Shown here: positions 9,001-20,742 of the stretch, piece by piece
Position numbering within the stretch: position 1 is the stretch's first letter
How the letters are laid out: each line of letters starts with the position of its first letter
Assembly: GCA_048213135.1 (NCBI GenBank)
Contig: PS015452.1
Coordinates: 2,336 to 44,870 of the forward strand
Direction of reading: 5' to 3'
Source of the DNA: Reclinomonas americana ATCC 50394
Taxonomy: Eukaryota
DNA: 42,535 nucleotides
Made by a program: the position numbers and the translations under genes
Notes under the pieces: generated by a model
Seen by the model: only the letters and a program-made list of their open reading frames with translations
Told to the model about the DNA's origin: nothing
Databases searched by the model: none

Positions 9001-12000
9001 TTATCCGTCGATCGCACAATCACCACCAAGCCAGTTCCGTTCTGTCCAGCTGCTGTGATGCGTAGCTGCGCGCCAGAGATGTTAAACATGGCCGCATTCG
9101 CTCCGCCCACAATCGTGTATGTGAATGTCTGCGCCGAGTTGGCATCGGTCGTTGACAGGCTACCAATCACGAGATTGGCGGCGGTCGGTGGCGTGTACGT
9201 CGTCGCTGACAGTGCAATGTCCGTCGGAGCAACATTCGCTGAACGAGAAAAAAAGGAGTGAGAAATCACAGATGAGAGCACGCAGCTCCGAGATAATACG
9301 AACCCTCGTTGATCGTAAATGTCTTGTCGAAGAACAGAGGCGATGCACCATTATCTGTCGATCGCACAATTACAAGCAGACCGGTTCCATTCTGTCCAGC
9401 CGTCGTGATGCGCAGCTGAGCGCCAGAGATGTTGAACATGGCCGCATTCGCTCCACCCACAATCGTGTATGTAAACGTCTGAGCCGAATTGGCATCGGTC
9501 GTTGACAGAGTGCCCACCACGACATTGGCGGTGGTCGGAGGCGTGTACGTCGTCGCCGACAGAGCAATATCCGACGGCGAAACATTTCCTACAATGCAGA
9601 AATATCGATTACGGCGTAATCATACAAAAAACTAAAAAGAGTAATCAAACACACCTTCGTTAATCGTGAAGGTCTTGTCAAAGAACAGCGATCCACTGCC
9701 GCTGTCCGTCGATCGCACAATCACAACCAAGCCAGTTCCATTCTGCCCGGCGGTTGTGATGCGCAGCTGAGCGCCAGAGATGTTGAACATGGCTGCATTC
9801 GTTCCACCCACAATCGTGTACGTGTACGTTTGGCACGAATTGGCGTCCACGGTGGAAAGCGAACCGACGATGACGTTGGCCGTGGTCGGCGGCAAGTACG
9901 TCACAGACGAAATCGCAATGTCCGTCGGCGCAACATTCACTACAAGAGAATGTGTTATCATTAGAGAAGCATACACGCGAGTACCAAAACAAGCAACTGA
10001 CCTTCGTTGATCGTGAATGTCTTCTCGAAGTACAGTGATCCACTGCCGCTGTCGGTCGTCCGCACAATCACCACCAAGCCAATTCCATTTTGTCCGGCTG
10101 CCGTAATGCGCAGCTGGGCACCCGAGATGTTGAACGTGGCCGCATTCGCTCCCCCCACAATCGAGTACGTGAATGTCTGCGCCGAGTTGGCATCCGTCGT
10201 CGACAGGCTACCAATCACAAGATTGGCGGTGGTCGGCGGTGTATATGTCGTCGCCGTCAGCGCAATGTCCGTCGGTGCGACATTCGCTGCAACGGAACGC
10301 ATAAGATAACCGATCGCCTGTCAGCAGAGACAACAAAACACAAAACATACCTTCGTTGATCGTGAATGTCTTGTCGAAGAACAATGATCCGATGCCGTTA
10401 TCCGTCGATCGCACAATCACCACCAAGCCAGTTCCATTCTGACCGGCTGTCGTGATGCGCAGCTGCGCGCCAGAGATGTTGAACATGGCCGCATTCGCGC
10501 CGCCCACAATTGTGTACNNNNNNNNNNNNNNNNNNNNNNNNNNNNNNNNNNNNNNNNNNNNNNNNNNNNNNNNNNNNNNNNNNNNNNNNNNNNNNNNNNN
10601 NNNNNNNNNNNNNNNNNNNNNNNNNNNNNNNNNNNNNNNNNNNNNNNNNNNNNNNNNNNNNNNNNNNNNNNNNNNNNNNNNNNNNNNNNNNNNNNNNNNN
10701 NNNNNNNNNNNNNNNNNNNNNNNNNNNNNNNNNNNNNNNNNNNNNNNNNNNNNNNNNNNNNNNNNNNNNNNNNNNNNNNNNNNNNNNNNNNNNNNNNNNN
10801 NNNNNNNNNNNNNNNNNNNNNNNNNNNNNNNNNNNNNNNNNNNNNNNNNNNNNNNNNNNNNNNNNNNNNNNNNNNNNNNNNNNNNNNNNNNNNNNNNNNN
10901 NNNNNNNNNNNNNNNNNNNNNNNNNNNNNNNNNNNNNNNNNNNNNNNNNNNNNNNNNNNNNNNNNNNNNNNNNNNNNNNNNNNNNNNNNNNNNNNNNNNN
11001 NNNNNNNNNNNNNGTACTCGATTGTGGGCGGAGCGAATGCTGCCTTGTTCAACATCTCTGGCGACCAGCTGCGCATCACTGCGGCTGGGCAGACGGGCAG
11101 TGGACTGGTGGTTATCGTCCGCACCACCGACAATGGCAGTGGGTCCCTGTTCTTTGACAAGACGCTTATCATTGACGAAGGTACGAGCGAGAGAGTTTTG
11201 ATTGAGTTGTTGTTGCGTTTGGCGACTTATGAAGCGTTGCTAATGACGCACAGCCAATGTCCCTCCGTCGGATATTGCACTGTCGTCGACGACGTACACG
11301 CCGCCGACCACTGCCAATGTCGTGGTGGGCACTCTGTCCACCACAGACGGCAACTCGGCGCAGACATTCACNNNNNNNNNNNNNNNNNNNNNNNNNNNNN
11401 NNNNNNNNNNNNNNNNNNNNNNNNNNNNNNNNNNNNNNNNNNNNNNNNNNNNNNNNNNNNNNNNNNNNNNNNNNNNNNNNNNNNNNNNNNNNNNNNNNNN
11501 NNNNNNNNNNNNNNNNNNNNNNNNNNNNNNNNNNNNNNNNNNNNNNNNNNNNNNNNNNNNNNNNNNNGTGTACGTCTGGCATGAGTTGACATCGGTTGTC
11601 GATAGCACACCAACAACCATATTTGCGGTGGCCGTTAACACGTATTGTGTTGCCGACAACGTGATATCCGTGGGCGTGACATTGGCTGCCAGGATAGTCG
11701 ATGAGTGACCTCTCACACTCATTCTCTCTCTCTCTCTCCATTGCACACAAAACGCAAGAATCGCAGCACAAACCCTCGTTGATCGTGAATGTCTTGTCGA
11801 AGAACAGCGATCCATTGCCATTGTCAGTTGATCGGATGATCACCACCAAGCCAGTTCCATTCTGGCCAGCTGTCGTGATGCGCAGCTGGGTGCCAGAGAT
11901 GTTGAAGAGCGCCGCATTCGCTCCGCCAACAATCGTGTACGTGAATGTTTGACACGAATTGACGTCCGTCGTTGACAGACCTCCTACAACAAGGTTGGCT

Positions 12001-15000
12001 GTCGTCGGCGGGACGTATGTGGCAGCCGATAGCACAACGTCAGTTGGTGCAACGTTGACTGGTCAACATTGAAGAACGAAGCAGTGAGTAAAGAAAGCGA
12101 GAACAACGAGATCCATGACGTCGCAGACCTTCGTTAATCGTGAATGTCTTCTCGAAGAACAGCGATCCACTGCCACTGTCAGTCGTCCGCACAATCACCA
12201 CCAAGCCAGTTCCATTCTGTCCGGCCGTGGTGATGCGCAGCTGTGTGCCAGAGATGTTGAACATCGCCGCATCGGCACCACCCACAATCGTGTACGTGTA
12301 CGTCTGAGCCGAGTTGGCATCGGTTGTCGTCAGACTGCCAATCACGAGATTGGCAGTGGTAGGCGGCGTGTACGTCGTCGCCGACAGNNNNNNNNNNNNN
12401 NNNNNNNTGTCAGTCGGTGCAACATTCACTGATCGATGGAAGAAGGCAAAGGAGTGAGAACATTAGATGGCATGGAGAACTTGCCATATAGGAGGACAGA
12501 CAAACCTTCGTTGATTGTAAATGTCTTGTCGACAAACAGTGATCCACTGCCGTTGTCAGTCGATCGCACAATTACCACCAAGCCAGTTCCATTCTGCCCG
12601 GCCGTGGTGATGCGCAGCTGTGTGCCAGAGATGTTGAACATGGCCGCATTGGCTCCGCCAACAATCGTGTACGTGTACGTCTGAGCCGAGTTGGCATCGG
12701 TCGTGGACAGGTTACCGATCACGAGATTGGTGGTGGTCGGTGGCGTGTACGTCGTCGCTGACAGCGCAATATCCGTCGGTGCAACATTCACTGATCGATG
12801 GAAGAAGGCAAAAGAGTGAGAACATCAGGTGGAATGAAGAACTCGCCATCTGGGAGCACAGACAGACCCTCGTTGATTGTGAATGTTTTGTCGAAGAACA
12901 GAGGTGATGCGCCGCTATCCGTCGATCGCACAATCACAACCAAGCCAGTTCCATTCTGACCGGCTGTCGTGATGCGCAATTGTGCGCCAGAGATGTTGAA
13001 CATTGCCGCATTCGCTCCGCCCACAATCGTGTACGTGAATGTCTGAGCCGAGTTGGCATCGGTTGTCGACAGATTGCCTACCACGAGATTGGCAGTGGTC
13101 GGTGGTGTGTACGTCGTCGCCGACAGTGCAATGTCCGTCGGGGAAACATTGGCTGCGAAAGTACGAGAGAAGATGAGGCCTCTTCGAACGTTGTGACGAT
13201 TAGTGAAGCCACCATGACCGTACCTTCGTCAATGACAAGCGTCTTGTCAAAGAACAGCGACCCGCTGCCATTGTCGGTGGTGCGCACAATAACCACCAGT
13301 CCGCTGCCAGTCTGTCCAGCCGCAGTAATGCGCAGCTGGTCGCCAGAGATGTTGAACAAGGCAGCATTCGCCCCGCCCACAATCGTGTACGTGTACGTCT
13401 GGCACGAGTTGGCATCGGTTGCCGAGAGCGATCCGACGACAATGTTGGCTGTTGACGGTGGTGCATACGTAATCGATGTCAGCGCAATATCCGTCGGCGC
13501 CACATTCACTGCACGATAGAAGAAGGTGACTGGGTGAGAACGGCAGGTAGTGTGTGAAGCAAACGGCGACTGACCTTCGTTGATGGTGAATGTCTTGTCG
13601 AAGAACAATGGTGATGCACCGTTGTCTGTCGATCGCACAATCACGACCAGGCCGGTTCCATTCTGCCCAGCTATCGTGATGCGCAGCTGGGCACCCGAGA
13701 CGTTGAACATGGCCGCATTCGCTCCACCCACAATCGTGTACGTGAACGTCTGCGCCGAGTTGGCATCGGTTGTGGACAGACTGCCAACAATAAGATTGGC
13801 GGTGGTCGGTGGTGTGTACGTCGCGGCTGACAGCGCAATATCCGTCGGCGCAATATTGACTGAACAAAAGAAAACGAGTGAATGAGAAATCACAGATGAG
13901 AACACGCAGCTCCAAGATAATACAAACCTTCGTTGATCGTAAATGTCTTGTCGAAGAACAGCGGTGATGCACCACTGTCCGTCACTCGCACAATCACCAC
14001 CAACCCCGTTCCATTCTGTCCGGCCGTCGTGATGCGCAGTTGCGAGCCAGAGATGTTGAACATGGCCGCATTAGCTCCACCGACAATCGTGTACGTGAAT
14101 GTCTGGGCCGAATTGGCATCAGTCGTCGACAGAGTGCCGATCACGAGATTGGCGGTGGTCGGCGGCGTGTACGTCGTCGCCGACAGTGCAATGTCGGTCG
14201 GTGCAACATTGACTGCACATCATCAAGAGCGGTGTAAGTTTTGTTGACGCAACAGAAACAACAAAGCGTGACACAAATTGCAGTACCTTCGTCAATGACA
14301 AGGGTCTTGTCAAAGAACAGCGATCCGCTGCCACTATCGGTGGTGCGGACGATAACCACCAGTCCATTGCCCGTCTGCCCGGCCGCAGTGATGCGCAGCT
14401 GGTCGCCAGAGATATTGAACAAGGCCGCATTGGCTCCGCCCACAATCGTGTACGTGTACGTTTGACACGAATTGGCATCGGTTGTCGACAGGTTACCAAT
14501 CACGAGATTGACAGTCGTCGGCAGCGTGTACGATGCAGCCGATATTGTGATGTCCGTGGGCGTGACATTGGCTGTAATGATAGTCAATGAGTGACCACGC
14601 CGATGAAGCTCTCACACTCATTCTCTCTATACACTACACGTACAGAGAGAGCAAGAATCGCGTCACACACCTTCGTTGATTGTGAATGTCTTGTCGAAGA
14701 ACAGCGATCCGCTGCCACTGTCAGTGGATCGGACAATCACCACCAGCCCCGTTCCATTCTGCCCGGCTGTCGTGATGCGCAGCTGCGTGCCAGAGATGTT
14801 GAACATGGCCGCATTCGCTCCGCCAACAATCGTGTACGTGTACGTCTGACACGAATTGCCATCCGTGGTTGACAGAGTGCCCACCACGACGTTGGCGGTG
14901 GTCGGCGGCGCATATGTCAACGACGACATTGCAATGTCCGTCGGCGCAAGGTTCACTGTACAGGAGGCCCGTGTGAGACATAGGATGAGTAAAGTCACCT

Positions 15001-17484
15001 GCACATTGCTTGTGGCAACACACCTTCGTTGATTGTGAATGTCTTGTCGAAGAACAGCGACCCACTACCGCTGTCCGTCGATCGCACAATCACTTGATAG
15101 CCATCGCCGAGGACACCCGCTGCTGTGATGCGCAGCTGAGCGCCTGAGATGTTGAACATGGCCGCATTCGCTCCGCCGACAATCGTGTACGTGAACGTCT
15201 GCGCCGAGTTGGCATCCGTCGTCGACAGGCTACCAATCACGAGGTTGGTGGTGGTCGGTGGTGTGTATGTCGTCGCCGTCAGTGCAATGTCCGTCGGCGC
15301 AACATTCACTGAACGATGGAACAAGGCGAATAAGTAATCAACGGCTGGGAGAATGGAGACTTTGCCAGACAAGAACATAAACCTTCGTTGATCGTGAATG
15401 TCTTGTCGAAGAACAGCGATCCTATGCCGCTGTCCGTCGATCGCACAATCACCACCAAGCCAGTTCCATTCTGACCGGCTGTCGTGATGCGCAGCTGAGC
15501 GCCCGAGATGTTGAACATGGCCGCATTCGCTCCGCCCACAATCGTGTAGGTGAATGTCTGTGCCGAGTTGCCGTCTGTTGTGGACAGAGTGCCCACCACG
15601 ACATTGGCAGTGGTCGGCGGCGTGTACGTCGTCGACGACAGTGCAATATTCGTCGGCGGAAGGTTAACTACACGTTCATCGAGAGCGACATATAAGCTAC
15701 CAAAGAAATGGACACGTAGACAAAGTCTAGCACCGCCGCACCTTCGTTAACGACAAGCGTCTTGTCAAAGAACAGTGATCCACTGCCACTGTCAGTCGAG
15801 CGTACAGTCACCACCAGTCCACTGCCGGTCTGCCCGGCCGCGGTGATGCGCAGCTGATCGCCCGAGATGTTGAACAAGGCAGCATTCGCACCCCCCACAA
15901 TCGTGTACGTGTACGTCTGGCACGAATTCACATCCGTTGTCGACAGCGAACCGATGACAACATTGGCTGTTGACGGTGGTGCATATGTTGTTATTGATAT
16001 CAAAATGTCCGTGGGTGCGACATTTGCTGCGATTACAGTTATAAGTTAATAAATTCATACATGAAGAAGGCCAACAAACACGCACCTTCGTTGATGGTAA
16101 ATGTCTTGTCGAAGAACAGAGGTAATGCACCATTATCTGTCGATCGAACAATCACCACCAAGCCGGTTCCATTCTGTCCGGCTGTCGTGATGCGCAGCTG
16201 GGCACCCGAGATGTTGAACATGGCCGCATTAGCTCCGCCAACAATCGTGTACGTGAACGACTGGCCCGAGTTGGCATCGGTTGTGGACAGACTGCCAATC
16301 ACAAGATTGGCTGTCGTCGGAGGCGTGTACGTTGTCGCCGTCAGTGCAACGTCCGTCGGCGCAACATTCACTGCGTATTACAGCAACAGTCAGTGAGACA
16401 CAGAATTACGAGACGCAACTGACTCCGTCAGCCGTACCCTCATCGATGGTAAATGTTTTGTCGAAGACCAGCGATCCACTGCCGTTGTCAGTAGATCGCA
16501 CAATCACCACCAAGCCAGTTCCATTCTGGCCGGCTGTCGTGATCCGCAGCTGCGCGCCAGAGATGTTGAACAAGGCAGCACTAGTGCCGCCCACAATCGT
16601 GTACGTGAACGACTGGCCCAAGTTGGCATCGGTCGTCGACAGCGCACCGACAACCATGTTGGCGGTGGTCGGTGGCGCGTACGTCGTCGCCGACAGTGCA
16701 ATGTCCGTTGGAGAAAAATTGACTGACGTGGCACGGGTCAGACAATGTAACACAGTCCAAGTAGCACACAACCACCTGCCATACCTTCGTCAATGACAAG
16801 CGTCTTGTCGAAGAACAGCGACCCGCTGCCGTTATCCGTCGATCGCACAGTCACCAGTAGTCCACTGCTTGTCTGCCCGGCCGCAGTGATGCGGAGTTGG
16901 TTGCCGAGAATGTTGAACAAAGCAGCATTCGCTCCGCCCACAATCGTGTACGTGTACGTCTGGCACGAGTTGACATCCGTGGTCGACAGCGAACCGACGA
17001 CGAGGTTGGCTGTCGATGGTGGCATGTATGAAGCGATCGAAATCGTGATGTCAGTGGGTGCAACATTGGCTGCACACACAAAGAGGAGAGTTGGAGTGAG
17101 GAGGAGACACGCAGGCGCAATGAAAGTAGGTGTCGGGCAGACCTTCGTCGATCGTGAATGTCTTGTCGAAGAACAGCGACATGTTGCTGTCAAGCGTCGA
17201 ACGTACAATCACCACCAGGCCGGTTCCATTCTGACCGGCTGTGGTGATGCGCAGCTGAGCGCCAGAGATGTTGAACATGGACGCATTCGCTCCCCCCACA
17301 ATCGTGTACGAGAACGATTGACCACCGACGGCACTCGATGACGACAGGGTGCCTATCACGAGATTGGCGGTAGTCGGTGGTGTGTACGTCGTCGCCGATA
17401 GTGCAACATCCGTCGGCGCTGGACTCGCTGCATCGCAATTGATGATAATGAGTGAGGAATGGCATTCACCCCAATCGCGTGTGC

Positions 17485-17517
<33 letters not shown>

Positions 17518-18171
17518 AGAGTTGGAGGAGGAGGCGGATGAGGAGAAGGAGGAGCGGATGAGGAACGGGAGGAGGACGAGGACGTGGAAGAAGGAGGGAA
17601 GAAGGGAGGAAGAAGACGAGGGTTGAGGAAAAATCAAGTCTGCTCCCTCTCTCCCTCTCTCACTTCCGCGCGCGCAAGTTGCGTGTCACCTCTCTCGCTA
17701 GTTCACGCACGCCAGCACTCTGACTCTTTGAAGGGCAGACAAACACACATCGTAGAGAGAGAAAAAGGCGGGAAAAATGTTTGGTAACGGAGAAAACCGA
17801 CTTCGCAGCGGATTAGTGCTCGGAAGCTCTCTTGCCCTCCTTGTGTGTATGACATGGCTCTGTGTGTGTGTGCAGTGTGCCGCAAAGTGTGCGCAACACG
17901 CATGCCTCGTGCATTTTTGTCGAGACACGCATTGATGAGAGATTGCGCGGCAACAATGTGGGGAAAGATGAGTACATATGCACACACGTGCACACACACG
18001 CACAGACTCTATACTGTCTGCTCTCACTGCATGTGTGTGTGATTGCGCGCGTGCGTGTGTGTGTGCGTGAGAGGGGAGAGAGAGGGGGGTTTGTGCGTGT
18101 GCGACATGCGCAACGCGGAGAGGAAACTCCAAACAGAGATTCGCGTGTGTAGCACGGCGGCGAACAGCGCG

Positions 18172-18221
<50 letters not shown>

Positions 18222-18422
18222 AGAGAGAGCGACGGAGAGAGCGATATCACGTCACATAGAAGTCCTCTTCACCGACTGTTCTACGATGCAAATGTGCGCA
18301 GGAGGCGGGAAAAGCAAAAGAGAAACGCAACCGGCGGAGGCAATAGAGGCCATCAACAACAGCAGCAGCAGCCACGGCACGACTGACGTGTGCCACGGAG
18401 GGCGAACTCTTCTCGTGCCCAT
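6014..18422 (-). CDS. Giant secreted/surface protein with >=29 tandem cadherin-like (bacterial-type) domains, one per exon; 3' end lost in gap
   Basis: Signal exon 18422-18332, then 285-nt AG|..GA(A/G)G|GT exons: 17427-17143, 17069-16785, 16722-16438, 16370-16086, 16026-15742, 15667-15383, 15308-15024, 14955-14671, 14571-14287, 14212-13928, 13859-13575, 13508-13224, 13152-12868, 12790-12506, 12428-12129 (20-N gap), 12058-11774, 11685-11568 + (11014-11180 inverted), (11254-11371 inverted) + 10517-10351, 10286-10002, 9939-9655, 9588-9304, 9238-8954, 8882-8698 + 8144-8045, 7942-7658, 7584-7300, 7243-6959, 6890-6606, 6537-6253, 6179-<6014. Consensus: (A/V)NVAPTDIALSATTYTPPTTANLVIGSLSTTDANS(A/C)QTFTYTIVGGANAAMFNISGAQLRITTAGQNGTGLVVIVRSTDSGSGSLFFDKTFTINE. 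Confidence 0.9.
8145..8697. other. Assembly gap inside repeat exon 23
   Basis: Run of n; flanks (185+100 nt) add up to exactly 285 nt in frame. Confidence 0.95.
11014..11371 (+). other. Small contig of the repeat gene in opposite orientation (3' part of exon 17, intron, 5' part of exon 18)
   Basis: Repeat sequence on the + strand between gaps 10518-11013 and 11372-11567; when flipped it completes both neighbouring partial exons to exactly 285 nt (118+167 each). Confidence 0.9.
17485..17630. repeat. (GA)n microsatellite and purine-rich tract in intron 1 of the array gene
   Basis: agagagagagagaggagagagagaga...ggaggaggaggcggatgaggagaagg. Confidence 0.9.
18175..18219. repeat. (GT)n microsatellite
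   Basis: Perfect GT run. Confidence 0.97.
18332..18422 (-). CDS. Signal-peptide exon of the cadherin-like array gene
   Basis: ATG at 18422; MGTRRVRPPWHTSVVPWLLLLLLMASIASA (basic n-region, Leu h-region, A-S-A cleavage motif), then G|GTTGCG donor in phase 1, matching the phase-1 acceptors of all repeat exons. Implies a 904-nt first intron if spliced directly to 17427. Confidence 0.75.
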
Positions 18423-18858
18423 TGGGTGAGTGCCGGCTCGTTGTGTCCGCTGGATTGGTCGTTTCCAATCCGATAAATCGCATGCACGACAGCGAAAATT
18501 GTGGCACGGTCGCATTGCGCGTGGTAAACATCAAACAACAACAACTGCATTCACCAACAATCAGGCACCAGCTGTCTTGATGACAAAGTTCAACCGTATT
18601 GGACACTCGTCTGAATGAGGGGCCAGCTTTGTCACTTGATTGCGTGCGGGAGTTGGGAAACTGATGTGCGTGCAGTGTGATATTGTACGTTCGCTCACAG
18701 AGATCCGATGGCATGTGCACACAGCGTGAGGCGGACGCCGTTTACAGTGCGTTAGTCACGCTGCAAACACCTCGGCAAATCATGTGCCACCCAGTCGCGT
18801 GAAGCAGAGTATATTTTTCCACACGCCATCCTCAATCGGAACCCATCGTGCCATCGCC

Positions 18859-20489
18859 TCACACGCCAATGGCCTCCTCTAGCACAGTGAAGCTGGCAGC
18901 CGATCCACGCATGACCCACGCACTGGCATAGATGATGAGCAGCGACGGAACAAATGTGTAGCGAAGCAACTCGTACGCCGTTGCAAAGAGCACCAGGCGC
19001 GACACTAGAGTCAAGCGATCGACCGTCTGCTCGCAGTGAATGAATGAATACACATGTCATGGATGCGCGCGAATGCGACCGCGAGTCACAGGCACGTACC
19101 AACATGCTGTCGTGCGACATGCCGAGTCGTGCCGCCACACGCGCGAACCGGGAGTCGTCCGATGCCAAGCTCACTGCGTGGTACGCCACCAGCGAGAGCA
19201 GACCCAGCCAGCGGCCGCGGGCCAGCACACGACGTGCTTGCTGTGTGAATAGCTGTCGCTGTACCGGTGACGCCTCTGAAAGGTGCCGCCGAGCGTGCAG
19301 TGCCAGGCTCACTCGGTTTCGCAACGCCACCCACGGAATGGCCACGATGCCCGAGCCAATGCCAAACGCGATGCCAAGAAACATGGGTGAATGTTGCGTG
19401 AAGAGGATGTCGTCGCTGCTGAGATGGGGCTGCGGTAACGGCTTCGGCTTCTGCGCCAGCAAACCCCCCACACCGGCTCAGTCAGTCGCACAGAGCGTGA
19501 AGTGGAGAACAACTCTTCGTGCCGCAACTGCGGTGGGTACTGGCAGCTTATCCAAGTATGGAGCACACAAGGCTGCACGGATTGCAATCAGCAATGCACG
19601 AAGACTCGGAAAACGTCGCAATATCTGCCAGCAAACACGTACGAAATCTGCGTAAGCCAGCCACAAGGGTGGCGTAGAATTCGGCATCGTACTTCGCTGC
19701 GGCGGCGGGGAGCTCGTGGCGACAGAGCAGTAGCGCAAACTTCTCGCTCACGCGGTTGCCGTCGTCTGCACCGGGTCTTGTCATTGCGTGCGATGCAAAC
19801 GATCAATGCAGCAGGGCGCAGCTCACCATTCAGAGGCGCCAGGATGGTCCGCATCAGCGTCTCCAGCAGCGTGTCGCGACGAACTGGCCACGTCTCGTGC
19901 AGCGATGCCGTGTGCACCTCGCTGGCCTCGTACGGCACCTGCGTCCATGCAACCTCCTCACGTACACTGAGCGGCACGGCGGGGGGCGTCGCAGGCGGCG
20001 CCGCAAGGCGCGCGTACACAGCCACCAAGGAGCCCACTAATCGATCGCCCAGCTCGCTGACCACAAGTGGTCCCGCGAAAGCCGCCGCTGCAAAGGCAAC
20101 GCAGTGAGTCGCGCGCTGCAGGCAGAGCGAGCGGCAGCCGGCAAACCTCGTGTCTCTCGCGTGCTGCTGAGATACACGCGTGATTTCGTGCGACGGGTCG
20201 TGCCGTCGTCTTCTGTGGTGTCTTGCTTGAGCAGCACGTAGGGGCCGCACAACGTGAGAGCTCTCTCGACCCAGTGCAAGGCGCGAATGAGCGGTCGCTC
20301 GTCCACAGTGGGTGCCGGTGGCACTTCCGTAGCCGCCGCCTCGATCGCCTCCAGGTGTTGCTGTGAAACAGACCGCGCGTCGGGATCGGTGGGCCAGAAG
20401 AAGTACCCGAAAGTCGCCAGACCACCGAACAAGTACGGGCGGAGGGGGCCTGCGAGCAAAGGAGCGTGTGCGGTCGTGTGAGCGTGTAC

Positions 20490-20521
<32 letters not shown>

Positions 20522-20742
20522 CTCGTCTCCGCCTCCTTCTCACTCTCGCACGCACGTTGTCTTACAGCCTGTGCACTGACAGTGGGCAGAGTCGCTCCAG
20601 CTGCGCTGGCGCCTTCCGCAGATGACGTTGGCGGAGGCTTTGGCGGAGGCGCACCAGTCGAGAGGAATCGTCGGAGGGCATTACCTCCACTTCCGGTGCC
20701 GAGAAACACACGGCGAAGTGCAGAGAAGGCGCCGAGGAGCAT
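18859..20742 (-). CDS. Multi-exon hypothetical membrane protein with a putative mitochondrial targeting peptide
   Basis: ATG 20742: MLLGAFSALRRVFLGTGSGGNALRRFLST (Arg-rich, no acidic residues, RRFLS cleavage-like); TM-like PYLFGGLATFGYFFWP; later hydrophobic segments MFLGIAFGIGSGIVAIPWVAL, WLGLLSLVAYHAV, VSRLVLFATAYELLRYTFVPSLLIIYASAWV; TGA at 18859-18861. Exon boundaries are only partly resolved. Confidence 0.6.

Noticed and set aside
6020-17341. Many recurring + strand ORFs (…MLNMAAFAPPTIVYV…)
   Set aside because: Antisense shadows of the repeat exons; splice signals support only the - strand (except the flipped contig).
6014-17427. Regular repeat/unique-spacer periodicity reminiscent of a CRISPR array or cassette system
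   Set aside because: Repeats are 285-nt coding exons with synonymous variation; the 'spacers' are GT-AG introns.
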